DNA from: an uncultured Planctomycetota bacterium
GTDB lineage: Bacteria; Planctomycetota; Planctomycetia; Gemmatales; Gemmataceae
DNA: 64,000 nucleotides
NCBI GenBank assembly: GCA_963849325.1
Contig: CAWKHF010000011.1
Location: forward strand, 94,457 to 158,456
Direction of reading: 5' to 3'
The notes beneath the pieces are model-generated. The model was not told the DNA's origin, did not search any database, and saw nothing but the letters and a program-made list of their open reading frames with translations. Numbering within the stretch: the first letter of the stretch is position 1; each line of letters starts with the position of its first letter. This document shows positions 20,079 through 32,441 of this stretch, piece after piece. The translations under genes and the position numbers were made by a program.

Positions 20079-22772
20079 TCAGAACGACCCTTCCAATAAC
20101 CCGGCGTCATCGCCCGGTGTTAACCGTCGATTCTGAAGCAGGTTCGCCACCTTCTCGACCTCCGTCCCCAGCCGGTTCGTGTCGCGCAGCACGGCCAGCG
20201 GCTCCGTCTTGATGCGCTGACTCAGTCCCCGCGCCTGGGCGGCGATTTCGGTCAGGCGCGTCTCCAGGTCGGCGCGTTGACGTTCGCGCACCTGCTTCCA
20301 CACGGAGGACAGGTAGGCGCGGAAGCGTTCGAGTTCGGCGCGGGCCTCTTCCTCGGGCGGACGGCTCGGTCGCGGCGGACGCGGCAGCGTGTCGCGCAAC
20401 AGCTGCGTCAGATAGCCGCCGTACTTCTCCAGGTTCTCGTGACACTCGCGGTACAGGGCTTGGTTGTGCTCCTCGTAAGCCTGCTCGGCGTAGCGCTCCT
20501 GGGCGCGGATGTGCTCGCTCAGTTCGTCGCGGTCGCGGCCGGTCTTGTCGGCGACCTCGGCGGCCAGATCGAGGCAATGATGCACCAGCTGGACGAAGCG
20601 CGGCCAGGGTGGATCGAGTGTCTGACCGTGGCTCGTCTCCAACTGCTGCAAGAGCTCGCGCAGCTCGGCCATGCGCTGGATGGCCTTCGGCTCGTCGTCG
20701 TAGCGCAGCGCCTCGAAGAGATCCTGACGGATTTGCTGCGCCCTGGCCCGCAGGCGCGTGCGGAAGCTGCCGCTGAACTGCGGTAACAGATCGTCAATTT
20801 GCTTCTGCACCTCGTCGATGTCGGCGCGGGTCGGCCGTCGCGGCGGCGGCGGCGCCTCGATGGTCGCCGTCTCGCAACGCTCGTAGGAATTGGACAGGCG
20901 GAGGCGCACGCGCACCTCAATGACGTGCTTGACATCGATGGCGAACTCGACCTCGACCGGCGAGCCGACCGGCAGGCTCGGATCGAGGTCTTCGATCACC
21001 ATCTGTTTGACGACGCGGTTCTCCTCGAAGATGGGCACGACGATGCGGCCGGCCTGGTCGTGTGTGCGGCAGATGCACTGAAACACACCCGGCAGTGTCG
21101 CGCCGACGGGCGCCACCACCTGCTTGACGCGCTGGCCGCCGCGCGACAGCACTTCGATTTGCAGCGGCTTGGTGATGAGCTGCGTCGGCAGTACGGCCTG
21201 GCCCAGATGCCGCGCCTCGCTCTGATGCCGCACGACTACGACGACGCGGGCCGTCTCCTGTCCGGAGCCGTCGCAAACCGCGAACTCCAGAGCGTTGTCC
21301 GTCTCCGCTTGCAGCTCCAGCTCGTGGGCGAACGTGCCGCGCTCGTCGAGAAATGCCTCCTCCGTCAGCCCCGTCGCCAGCGCCCGGATGCGCACCGAGC
21401 CGCCCTCCAGCGTGGCCTCCGTCGATTCCAGTCGCACAACGCCGGTTGCCTGGTAAGCAAGGTCACGGGTGTTGACCGGACTGGTCAGGTGCAGTCCGAT
21501 GCCGGGGAAGAGATACTGTGTCCCGTGGGTCGCGGCCCGGAGGGCGGCGCCGTAAGCGACGCACAGGTCCGGCTCGTGCAGCAGCGGGTCGAGACAGCGG
21601 ACGTGCTCGGGCAGTTCCGGGTTGCAGAAGGCGGCGCGGACGGTGTCGCGGACCAGGGGGACGCGGCTGGAGCCGCCGACCAGAACGACGTAATCGATGT
21701 CCGACAGGCCCAATCCCGCTCGCTCCCGAGCGCGGGCCAAGGCGTCGCGGCAGCAATCGATGGTTCGGTCCACCTTATCGCGGATGAGACGTTGAAAGAC
21801 GCTTCGCTCAACGCTCGTCTCCAGCGTGATGCCCCGGCCGTCGGCGTCGCGGACCAGGTCGGGCAGATAGCGCTCGACGCGCTCGGCATCCGTCAAGGCG
21901 ATCTTGATGCTCTCGGCGGCCTGCACCAGCCCGACGAAGTTCCCCGCGCCGGCCGGCGTCGAGAGGTCGAAGAGCGCCGAGAGCGTCTCGGCCGGGACCG
22001 GCGCTGTTCGCTCGCCTTCCCGACCCGCGAACCACGAGCTATTCTCCACGAGATGCGTGGCCAGCAGGCGGTCGAAGTCGTCGCCGCCGAGAAAGGGATC
22101 GCCGCTGACCGACAGCACTTCGTAGTCGTCGAAGCGGCGGCGGATGATCGATACGTCAAAGGTGCCACCACCGAGGTCGTAGACGAGGTAAGTGGCGTCG
22201 CCGTGGCCGCCGATCCAGGAGTAATAGATGGCGGCGGCGGTCGGCTCGTGCAGCAGTTCGACCACCTCGAAGCCGGCCCGTTCGCCGGCCTGCCGGGTCG
22301 CCTCGATCTGATTGTGATTGAAGTACGCCGGCATTGTCAGGATGGCCGAGTCGATCAGCCGGCGCGGATCGTTCAGCGTGCGGGCCAGCATGTCGCGTAG
22401 AAGGCCCAGGATGCACGCCGACACCTCCGGCGGCGTCAGCCGCTGCGGCCCCAGGGCAAACTCGCGCGGCAGACCCATGAAGCGTTTGACCGAGGCCAGC
22501 GGCAGCTGGGTGGAGGGTGCTTCTTCTCCCTCCACTCTCCACCCTCCACCCTTCACCCGTTGGGCGGCGCGGCCGGCGACGAGGCGGTCATGCTTCGGGT
22601 GATAGCCGACCAGCGAAGGGAACGTGCGATGGCCGTGTTCGTCCTGTCCGGTGAGAATCGTGCTGTCGGTGGGATCGAGCAGGGCGATGACGCTGTTGGT
22701 GGTGCCCAGGTCGATGCCGACCGTTTTGCGGATGCGGAGAGGCGATGAGGAGAGAGGAGAGGTGTGCGGCAT
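20079..22772 (-). CDS. Long atypical Hsp70-family protein (~897 aa)
   Basis: GIDLGTTNS, SVKRFMG, MPAYFN, HEPTAAA, YDLGGGTFDVS, LGGDDFD, LVGGSSRVP, VAYGAA; then beta-rich insert, SBD-like region and long helical tail. Confidence 0.92.
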   Translation of the reverse strand: MPHTSPLSSSPLRIRKTVGIDLGTTNSVIALLDPTDSTILTGQDEHGHRTFPSLVGYHPKHDRLVAGRAAQRVKGGGWRVEGEEAPSTQLPLASVKRFMGLPREFALGPQRLTPPEVSACILGLLRDMLARTLNDPRRLIDSAILTMPAYFNHNQIEATRQAGERAGFEVVELLHEPTAAAIYYSWIGGHGDATYLVYDLGGGTFDVSIIRRRFDDYEVLSVSGDPFLGGDDFDRLLATHLVENSSWFAGREGERTAPVPAETLSALFDLSTPAGAGNFVGLVQAAESIKIALTDAERVERYLPDLVRDADGRGITLETSVERSVFQRLIRDKVDRTIDCCRDALARARERAGLGLSDIDYVVLVGGSSRVPLVRDTVRAAFCNPELPEHVRCLDPLLHEPDLCVAYGAALRAATHGTQYLFPGIGLHLTSPVNTRDLAYQATGVVRLESTEATLEGGSVRIRALATGLTEEAFLDERGTFAHELELQAETDNALEFAVCDGSGQETARVVVVVRHQSEARHLGQAVLPTQLITKPLQIEVLSRGGQRVKQVVAPVGATLPGVFQCICRTHDQAGRIVVPIFEENRVVKQMVIEDLDPSLPVGSPVEVEFAIDVKHVIEVRVRLRLSNSYERCETATIEAPPPPRRPTRADIDEVQKQIDDLLPQFSGSFRTRLRARAQQIRQDLFEALRYDDEPKAIQRMAELRELLQQLETSHGQTLDPPWPRFVQLVHHCLDLAAEVADKTGRDRDELSEHIRAQERYAEQAYEEHNQALYRECHENLEKYGGYLTQLLRDTLPRPPRPSRPPEEEARAELERFRAYLSSVWKQVRERQRADLETRLTEIAAQARGLSQRIKTEPLAVLRDTNRLGTEVEKVANLLQNRRLTPGDDAGLLEGSF

Positions 22773-23260
22773 GGGTTGTCCCGCTCGTCCTTCTTCCGCT
22801 GGGGAAAAAGGAAACCCGTGGCTCGGCCGGATCGGTAGGTAGCTTATCGGGCCCGCTGAGGTGTGGAACAAATCCCGGCTTGCAAGCAAGCCGCAACGCT
22901 CAGCACCGTATCAGCCGAAATCCAGCCAGGCAACGGGTTTCGCGGAAACCATGTGGCGTTTCGACTGGGACACCTCCTGTTTACCTCGGCCAGGAGTCGG
23001 CTTGCGGGAGACGGGATCGGGGAACACGAAATCGTTCTTTTTGGGGGAGGGCGTTGGCCACCCAAATCCGTATGTGCCGAAATCCCCTCGAGCAAACCTC
23101 CTCGTTGTTGCCCGCCCTGCGGCCCAGAGCCAGCAGAGCTTCCCGACCCACAGGCCGCGAGAAGAGCAGATGAGACGGCCTACGGGCCAGAATCTTGAAG
23201 TGCGCCTTCTAGTGCTCAACGCCTCGCGGCGTCACTGGGTGAAGTAGTCTACAACCTCAC

Positions 23261-23289
23261 CTTATACCCCCGTACCCCCAAGTTGTCAA
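23261..23289 (-). promoter_or_regulatory. Near-consensus sigma70 promoter facing the Hsp70 cluster
   Basis: Minus strand TTGACA (23289-23284), 17-nt spacer, TATAAG (23266-23261). Confidence 0.75.
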
Positions 23290-23321
23290 CCATCAAATTT
23301 CTTTTTTTCGGCGCGGCGAAA

Positions 23322-23380
23322 GTAGGTGCCGCGAGCCGAGCAGTATTTGGAGGCCGACTCGCTCGGCTCGCGGGGTCTAC
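23322..23380. repeat. REP-like inverted repeat (GTAGGTGCCGCGAGCCGAGC family)
   Basis: Same left arm as 5263; ends GCTCGGCTCGCGGGGTCTAC. Confidence 0.7.
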
Positions 23381-23480
23381 CGCCGGCTGGTTATTCTTCT
23401 TCCGTGTCCCGATCACGGGCGTTAGGATCAAGACAGTGGCAAAGGTTCGTTTGGGGGCCGTTCGTCGAAGGAGAATCCTG

Positions 23481-24866
23481 ATGAGCCATCAGGGGGCGCT
23501 CACCCGGGTTGTGCCGATTCGCGCCGGCAACTCACGCCGAATCGCCGGAGTTTCCTGAAAGCCGGTGTCCTCGGCAGCGCCGGACTCAGCCTTGGCGAAC
23601 TTCTGCGTCAGGAGGCGCGAGCGGTCATCTCCACCACCTCCGGGCGCAAACCGTCGGTCATCATCCTGTGGATGCGCGGCGGTCCCAGCCACATCGACAT
23701 GTGGGACCCCAAGCCAGACGCCCCGGTCGAGTATCGCGGCGAGTTCGGCGTTACGCCGAGCAAGGTGCCCGGCATCCTCCTGGGCGACCTGCTGCCGATG
23801 TCCGGCCGGATCATGGAGAAGTGGTCCATCGTCCGCAGCCTCCACCACCACGACGCCGGCCACTCCACCGGCGATCAGATTTGCTTCACCGGCTATCCCT
23901 CCGGCCCCAACCCGGACGAGAACGTCCATCCCAGCTGCGGCTCGATCGTCGCCCGGCAGCTCGGCCACGAAGATCCGCGTCTGCCGGCCTACGTGATGAT
24001 CCCGCGCATGGTGCCGGGGACGGGGCCGGCCTATCTCGGCGTGGCGAACAAGCCGTTCGAGACGCTGGCCGATCCGGCCCAGCCGGGCCCGTTCCGCATG
24101 CCCAATTTCGCTCTGCCGGCCGGCCTGACCCTGGAGCGTCTCGGCGAACGTCGCCAGCTGCTCGGCGAGCTTCGATCGCCTGCGCCGCGACGTGGACGCC
24201 GGCGGACAGATGAACGCCCTGGACCGCTTCCATCAGAAGGCGTGGGACATCCTCACGTCCGCCGCCGCACGCGATGCCTTCGACCTGGACAACGAGCCGA
24301 TGGCCGTCCGCGAGCGTTACGGCTTTCTGCCGCCGTTCGATCCCGGCGCGTCCAACCGCTGCGGCGCGCCGGCGTGGAGCCAGCGCATCCTGCTGGCCCG
24401 CCGCCTCGTCGAGGCCGGCGTGCGCCTGGTCACGGTCGATCTGCGCTGGTGGGACACGCACGTCAAGGGCTTCGAGTCGCTGCGTCTGGGCTTCCTGCCG
24501 CGCTTCGACCGGGCGTACACGGCGCTGATCGAGGACCTGGAGCAGCGCGGCTTGCTGGAATCGACGCTGGTGATCGCCTGGGGCGAGTTCGGCCGGACGC
24601 CGCGCGTCAACAACGACGCCGGCCGCGATCACTACCCCAACGTCTTCAGCGCCGCCCTGGCGGGCGGCCCGGTCAAGGGCGGCCGGGTGGTCGGCGAGTC
24701 CGACGCGAAGGGGGCGTTCCCGAAGACGAACCCCAAGACGCCGCAGGACGTGCTCGCCACGCTGTATCAGCACCTCGGCGTCGATACCGAGCAGCAATAC
24801 CTCAACAACACCGGCCGTCCCATCTCCGTCCTGCCCAGCGGCAAGCCGATCGAAGAGCTGACCTAG
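23481..24866 (+). CDS. DUF1501 domain protein (frameshifts ~23545, ~24170)
   Basis: Tat-like ..FLKAGVLG; IILWMRGGPSHIDMWDPKP; LLARRLVEAGVRLV; WDTH; WGEFGRTPRVN..GRDHYP. Confidence 0.9.
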
Positions 24867-24888
24867 GACCAATCGAAAAACGCATTCC

Positions 24889-24955
24889 CGTTTCGCCGCG
24901 ACGCGCAGCGGAGCGCGGGGCAATCCCGCGCTCCGCTGCGCGTCGCGGCGAAACG
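24889..24955. repeat. 31-bp perfect inverted repeat between convergent genes (possible bidirectional terminator)
   Basis: CGTTTCGCCGCGACGCGCAGCGGAGCGCGGG and its exact reverse complement. Confidence 0.8.
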
Positions 24956-24965
24956 AAAAGCCGAG

Positions 24966-26417
24966 CTACCATCCTATCTTCGGAAGGCGCTGGGCGAGCG
25001 AGATGAGGAAGTAGGCGGCGATACCGGCGAGGATGGCCAGCATGATAATGCCCAGCGTGCCCATGCGCTGAAGGGTCGTGGCGGGCGCCGGCGCGGGCGT
25101 TTCAACCGTGGCCTCGTCGGCGTGCGCGTCCTCGAACTCGACTGGCGCCGGGAGCGGCGGTGCGGGAGCGTGTACGGCCGGTTTTTGGGCGTGCTCCGAG
25201 CGCGGCAGCTTGCCCGCCGGCACCGGCGGTCGCGGCGGCGACAACGAACCGCCGCGCGGGCGCGGCAACTCCCGCGGCGCCGACGGTGCCACGGGTGGCG
25301 TGGCCGCGTCGAGCCGGCCGCCTTCCGGTCGCGGCAGCTTGACCCGCGGCATCGCCATCGTCGCCCGCCGTACCGGCACCGAATTGGCGCCGGCGAACGG
25401 TCGCAGCGCCTCCAGCAGCTCGGCGCAGCTGACGTAGCGGCTGGACGGCGACTTCTGCATCAGCTTCTCCACCACCTCGATCAAACCGTCCGGCACGTCC
25501 GCGTTCAGTTCGCTGATAGGCGTTGGCTGCTTGTGCTGGTGGCTCATCATCTTTTCGACCGCCGTGCCGTCGGGGAACGGATAGCGGCCGACCAGGCAGT
25601 AATACAGCACGCAGCCGAGACTGTACTGGTCGCCGATCGGCGTCAAGTTGGTCGGGTCCATGATGCTTTCGGGACTGGCGCAATCCAGACCGCTATTGAC
25701 CGAATTGGCCGTGGACATGGTATCGACCAGCGATTCGCCCTCGGTCTCGGCCAGGAGGCAGCCGATACCAAAATCGAGGATGCGCACCTGGCCGTCGGTG
25801 CCGACCATGAGGTTCGACGGCTTGAGCAGACCGTGAAACAGCCCTTGCTGATGGCACTGCTCCAGCCCCTCGGCCGCTTGCAGGAGGTACTGAGCGGCCT
25901 GCTCGGGGCTGAGCCGGCCCTCGCGTTCGACGACCTTGTCGAGCGTCTCGCCCTCGACGAGCGGCCAGGCCAGGTAGTGCATGCCGCCGGAGGTGCCGAC
26001 GTCCACGAACGGTACGACCGACGGATGTTTGCACTGCTCGAAGGCGCGGACCTTGCGGCGGGCGATGCGCACGTTCCACATGCTGCGCCGCGGCAGCACC
26101 TTGACGGCGTACCAACCGCTGTCCGTCTTGGACTGCGCCTTGTAGACGGTGCCCATGCTGCCGCTGCCCAGGGCGTCCTTGAGGGTGAACGGCCCGAGTA
26201 CGAAGCCCTGCGTCTTGCCTTGCAGCAGGCGCTCGGCCTGGAACTCCGTCAAGACGCCCTGACCGATCAGGTACTCGGCCAGGGCCGGCGGCTCGGCGCC
26301 GGGGTTTTTGTTGAGGAACTCCCCGATGACCTGGTCGAGCTGGCCGCGATCGATCAAGTTGCTGCGGCGCAAGTCCCACACAAACCATTCGCAAGCCCCA
26401 AGGTCCGTTGTCAACAT
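24966..26417 (-). CDS. Ser/Thr kinase-like protein, predicted pseudokinase, C-terminal TM
   Basis: GSGSMGTVY, YAVK, DFG, ASPE, DQYSLG present, but catalytic loop HGLLKPSN; Pro-rich linker and TM GIIMLAILAGIAAYFLI. Confidence 0.88.
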   Translation of the reverse strand: MLTTDLGACEWFVWDLRRSNLIDRGQLDQVIGEFLNKNPGAEPPALAEYLIGQGVLTEFQAERLLQGKTQGFVLGPFTLKDALGSGSMGTVYKAQSKTDSGWYAVKVLPRRSMWNVRIARRKVRAFEQCKHPSVVPFVDVGTSGGMHYLAWPLVEGETLDKVVEREGRLSPEQAAQYLLQAAEGLEQCHQQGLFHGLLKPSNLMVGTDGQVRILDFGIGCLLAETEGESLVDTMSTANSVNSGLDCASPESIMDPTNLTPIGDQYSLGCVLYYCLVGRYPFPDGTAVEKMMSHQHKQPTPISELNADVPDGLIEVVEKLMQKSPSSRYVSCAELLEALRPFAGANSVPVRRATMAMPRVKLPRPEGGRLDAATPPVAPSAPRELPRPRGGSLSPPRPPVPAGKLPRSEHAQKPAVHAPAPPLPAPVEFEDAHADEATVETPAPAPATTLQRMGTLGIIMLAILAGIAAYFLISLAQRLPKIGW

Positions 26418-26658
26418 AGCGCGGCGTCCTTTGTAGGAATACGGAAGATCGGCGCGGGCGTACCAAATCCAAATTGCAGCGCGCTCGATGGCAGGGGATC
26501 GAGGGAACGGGACTGCAATGGGGTTGCCACTTCTCTAGCCGAAGAATGGGACACAAACGCGGCAGTGTCAAACGAGGCGGCGCTTCCCGCTCGCGGCGAC
26601 ATCTGCTATCTTGACCGCAACATTCGATCACCCGGTCCTGACTAACAAGAAGGTCGTC

Positions 26659-28787
26659 ATGGCACAAGATCCCTACGAGCCGTGTACCTGCGGCAGCGGC
26701 AAGAAGTTCAAGTGGTGCTGTCAACCGATCTTCGTCGGCATCAACCGGGCCTGGGAGCAAGAGGCCGCCGGCCAGCATGAGGCCGCCCTGCGCGTCCTGG
26801 ATCAGGTCGTTCAGGAGCACGAGGGCAACCCGGAGGCGTGGGGCCAGAAGGCGCGTCTGCTGTTCAGCCAGGGCAAGGTCGAGGAGGCCGAGAACGCCTT
26901 GCAGAAGGCGTTCGACCTCAATCCGAACTACCCGGCCGGGCTGCTGCTGTGCGCCACCTTTCGTTTCCAGGAAGGCGAAGTGCCGGGCGCTTTGCTGCTG
27001 GCTCGGCGGGCCGCCGAAGCCTACGATCCCGAGGCGAGATCCTACCTGGCCGAGGTCTATTACCTCATTTTCGAGTGCGAAATGCGCCAGAACCGGCCGG
27101 TAGCCGCCCGCGCCGCCCTGCGGTTAGTGGCGCACCTGGCGCCGGCGGAGGAAGACCTGCGCAAGTCCTTCGAGTCGCTGTTCGGTCCCGAGGGGCGGTT
27201 GCCGGCCGCGGCGCGGCGCGAGTACACCTTCCACAGTCCGGCCGCGGCGGCCGGACCAAAGCGGGCCGCCTGGGACCGGGCGCTGCACGACGCCGACACG
27301 CCGCGCCTGGGCGACCTCGTGCGCGTCTTCGAGCCGCTGACCCGCAACGACCCTGCCGACACGCCCGCATGGTTCAATCTCGGTCTGTCCCACGCCTGGC
27401 TGGGCGATAACCGAGCGGCGCTGGAAGCGCTGCGGTCCTACGTCGAGAGGGAGACCGACGAGAACGCCGCCGGCGAGGCGAGCGCCCTCATGGAAGTGCT
27501 GCGCTGTGGTCAGGGGTTGGAGGACGAGTGCGACTATCACGAGTACGCCTTCGGCCACCAGTTCCGCGATCCGCAGCCGGTCGTCAATCTCTTGCAGGAG
27601 TGGGACCGGACTGGCCGACTCGTCGCCCTGCCCAGCCAGCAAGAGGGCATGTTCATGGGCCTGGTGCTGGAGATGACGACGGCGGCGCTCATCACCGTGG
27701 GGGCGCCGCCGGCCGACGCCGGCCGGCTGGGCGGTTACGTCGTCCTCATCGGCAATCTGCTGCAAGTGACCAGCCCGTTGAAGGAGCCGTTCGACCGCCT
27801 CCGCGACGAGGTGCGTCAGCGCCTGGCGCTGGGCCTGACCGATCTGCCGGATCGGCGGGCGCCGATTCAGTTTCAGGACGTGGTGGCCGACGCCCTGCTG
27901 TTCCCGCTTCAGCGCGCCGACGACAGCGCCGAGCGCGTGCGGACCCACGCGCAGAAGCACTACGAAGAGATGTGGATTCACAAGCCGCGCCGTTCGCTGG
28001 CCGGCAACACGCCCGTGGACGCCGCCGCCCATCCGGTGCTGCGCAAGCACCTCCGCGGCGTCGTTCAGTTCATCCAGGATTGCGCCACGGTGGTATGATC
28101 GCCGACTACGACTTCGACCGGCTGCGCCGCAAGCTCGGTCTGCTCGATGGTGGGACCGGCGTCTCGCCGGTCGAGAAACAACAGACTGACGGGGCGCCGG
28201 TCCCAGCGGGCGCTCCCACCTTCGACGTTGCCGGCATGGGCAGCGCCGAATTGGCCGGCCTGGACGCGGCCAGCTTGACCGACGAGCAGCTGGAGCACGC
28301 CTACCAGGCGGCGGTCAAGCTCGACGCCGAGGAGTTGGCGGCTCATTTCGCCAAGAACCTGATCGTCCGGCCGCCGCGCCCCGAGCATACGGATCGCTTC
28401 CCCTGGTACTCGTACTTGACGCAGTACGCCTTGAAGACCGGCGACAAGGACGCGGCACTGGATTACGTCAATGAGGGCGAGAAGGTGGACTGTGAGCATA
28501 ACGAGGGGCGTCGCCGCAACGATTACGAACTGCGTCGCGGCCAGGTCCATGTCAAACGCGGTGAGGCCGAGGCGGCGGCCGACGTGTTCGGACGGCTGAT
28601 CGAGCGTGTGCCCACTAACTTCCGCTTTCGCGGCAGCGCCGCCGAGGCCATGCTGTCACTGCGGCAGGGCGACAAGGCGCTGCGCTTCGCCGAGGAAGGC
28701 GTGGCAGCAGCCCGGCAGGCCAACGACCGCGACTCCGAGCAATACTTGTTGGAGCTGGCGGCGGCGGCAAAGAAACAGATGGGGTAG
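26659..28787 (+). CDS. SEC-C motif / TPR protein (frameshift ~28085)
   Basis: DPYEPCTCGSGKKFKWCC (SEC-C); N- and C-terminal TPRs; WIHKPRRSLAGNTPVDAA. Confidence 0.85.
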
Positions 28788-28859
28788 AGAAAAGCCGCTG
28801 GCGGCTTGGTATTCTCCCCAGCCGCCAGCGGCGCCGAAAGACCTCTCACGGGACGAGAG

Positions 28860-29696
28860 ATGCACCCCTTACGCGGCAAGGTCGTCCTCATCACCGGCGG
28901 CTCGTCCGGCATCGGCCGGGCGACGGCCCTGCGCCTATCTTCTTTCGGCGCGCGCGTCGCCCTGGCGTCGCGTACCCCGGACGCCCTGGAGGAAGTCGCT
29001 CGGCAGATCAAGGCGCTCGGCGTTGAGGCGCTGACTGTACCCACGGACGTGACCGACGTCGAGCAGTGTCGCCGGGCCGTCGAGAGGACCGCCGACCATT
29101 TTGGCCGTCTCGACGTGTTGTTGTGTTCGGCGGGCGTATCCATGCGCGGCATGTTCGCCGACGCGGAGCCGGCCGCCCTCGAACACGTCATGCGCGTCAA
29201 CTTCTTCGGCACTCTCTATCCGACGTATTTCGCCGTGCCGCACGTCAAGCGCTGGCGCGGCTCGCTGGTGGCTATCAGCAGTCTGACCGGCAAGCGCGGC
29301 ACGCCATCCTATGCCATTTATGGGGCCAGCAAGTTCGCCGTGCGCGGCCTGTACGACAGCCTGCGCCTGGAGTTGGCCTCCGACGGCGTACACGTCGGCG
29401 TCGTGTCGCCGGGCTTCGTGGCCACGCCGCTGCGTCAGCGCGTGCTCGACGCCAGCGGCCGGCCGTGGCCTAGCCCGCCGGTGCCGCCGTTCCGCGTTTG
29501 GCCGCTGGAAAAATGTGTCGATCGCGTTGTGCGTCTCCTCGTCAAGCGTCAGGCGCAGGCACTGCTGCCCGGATTCGTCGGCCCTTTGCTGGCCCTGGAT
29601 GAAGTGACCGGCGGAAGGCTGGGCGACTGGTACCTGGGCGGCAAGTTCGACCCCGCCGATGCCACGCCTCCAGAAGATGATACGGTGAAACGGTAG
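28860..29696 (+). CDS. SDR family NAD(P)-dependent oxidoreductase
   Basis: TGGSSGIG, VNFFG, AISS, YGASK. Confidence 0.92.
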   Translation: MHPLRGKVVLITGGSSGIGRATALRLSSFGARVALASRTPDALEEVARQIKALGVEALTVPTDVTDVEQCRRAVERTADHFGRLDVLLCSAGVSMRGMFADAEPAALEHVMRVNFFGTLYPTYFAVPHVKRWRGSLVAISSLTGKRGTPSYAIYGASKFAVRGLYDSLRLELASDGVHVGVVSPGFVATPLRQRVLDASGRPWPSPPVPPFRVWPLEKCVDRVVRLLVKRQAQALLPGFVGPLLALDEVTGGRLGDWYLGGKFDPADATPPEDDTVKR

Positions 29697-29926
29697 GAAT
29701 ACCTCTCGGAGTCCACAGCGTAACAGCCGCTGGAATCGGCTCGCGTACCCCGCGGAATAATTATCTTTCCGTCAACTATTCGCTTGCCTTTCGGTCCTGG
29801 GCCTGCTACAACCAGACGCATTCCGGAGAAGGCCTTCGCCATTCTCGTATCCGTTAACACGATCGATTACACGTCCTGTCGTCGGGACGTGGCCTGGCTT
29901 CCGGAGTCACCCCAAGGAGACGCCTC

Positions 29927-32408
<2,482 letters not shown>

Positions 32409-32414
32409 GGGTTC

Positions 32415-32441
32415 GGCGGGGCCGGTTCCACCGGCCCCGCC
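32415..32441. terminator. GC hairpin between convergent genes
   Basis: GGCGGGGCCGG-TTCCA-CCGGCCCCGCC; no U tract. Confidence 0.5.

Noticed and set aside
20799-22400. 533-aa plus-strand ORF and similar long antisense ORFs (5874, 25122, 31302, 43712)
   Set aside because: Antisense to well-supported genes, no motifs; expected at high GC.
9603-22772. Naming either Hsp70 dnaK, hscA or hscC
   Set aside because: Both lack the canonical linker and context; symbol withheld pending phylogeny.
22844-23095. 83-aa ORF in the Hsp70 leader
   Set aside because: TTG start abuts the SD-like sequence, composition is atypical, no motif; not called as CDS.
23195-23225. CIRCE/HrcA operator upstream of the Hsp70 cluster
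   Set aside because: Only a partial half-site (AGTGCTCAA); no TTAGCACTC-N9-GAGTGCTAA. The GAGTGCTAA at ~42484 is also a lone half-site.
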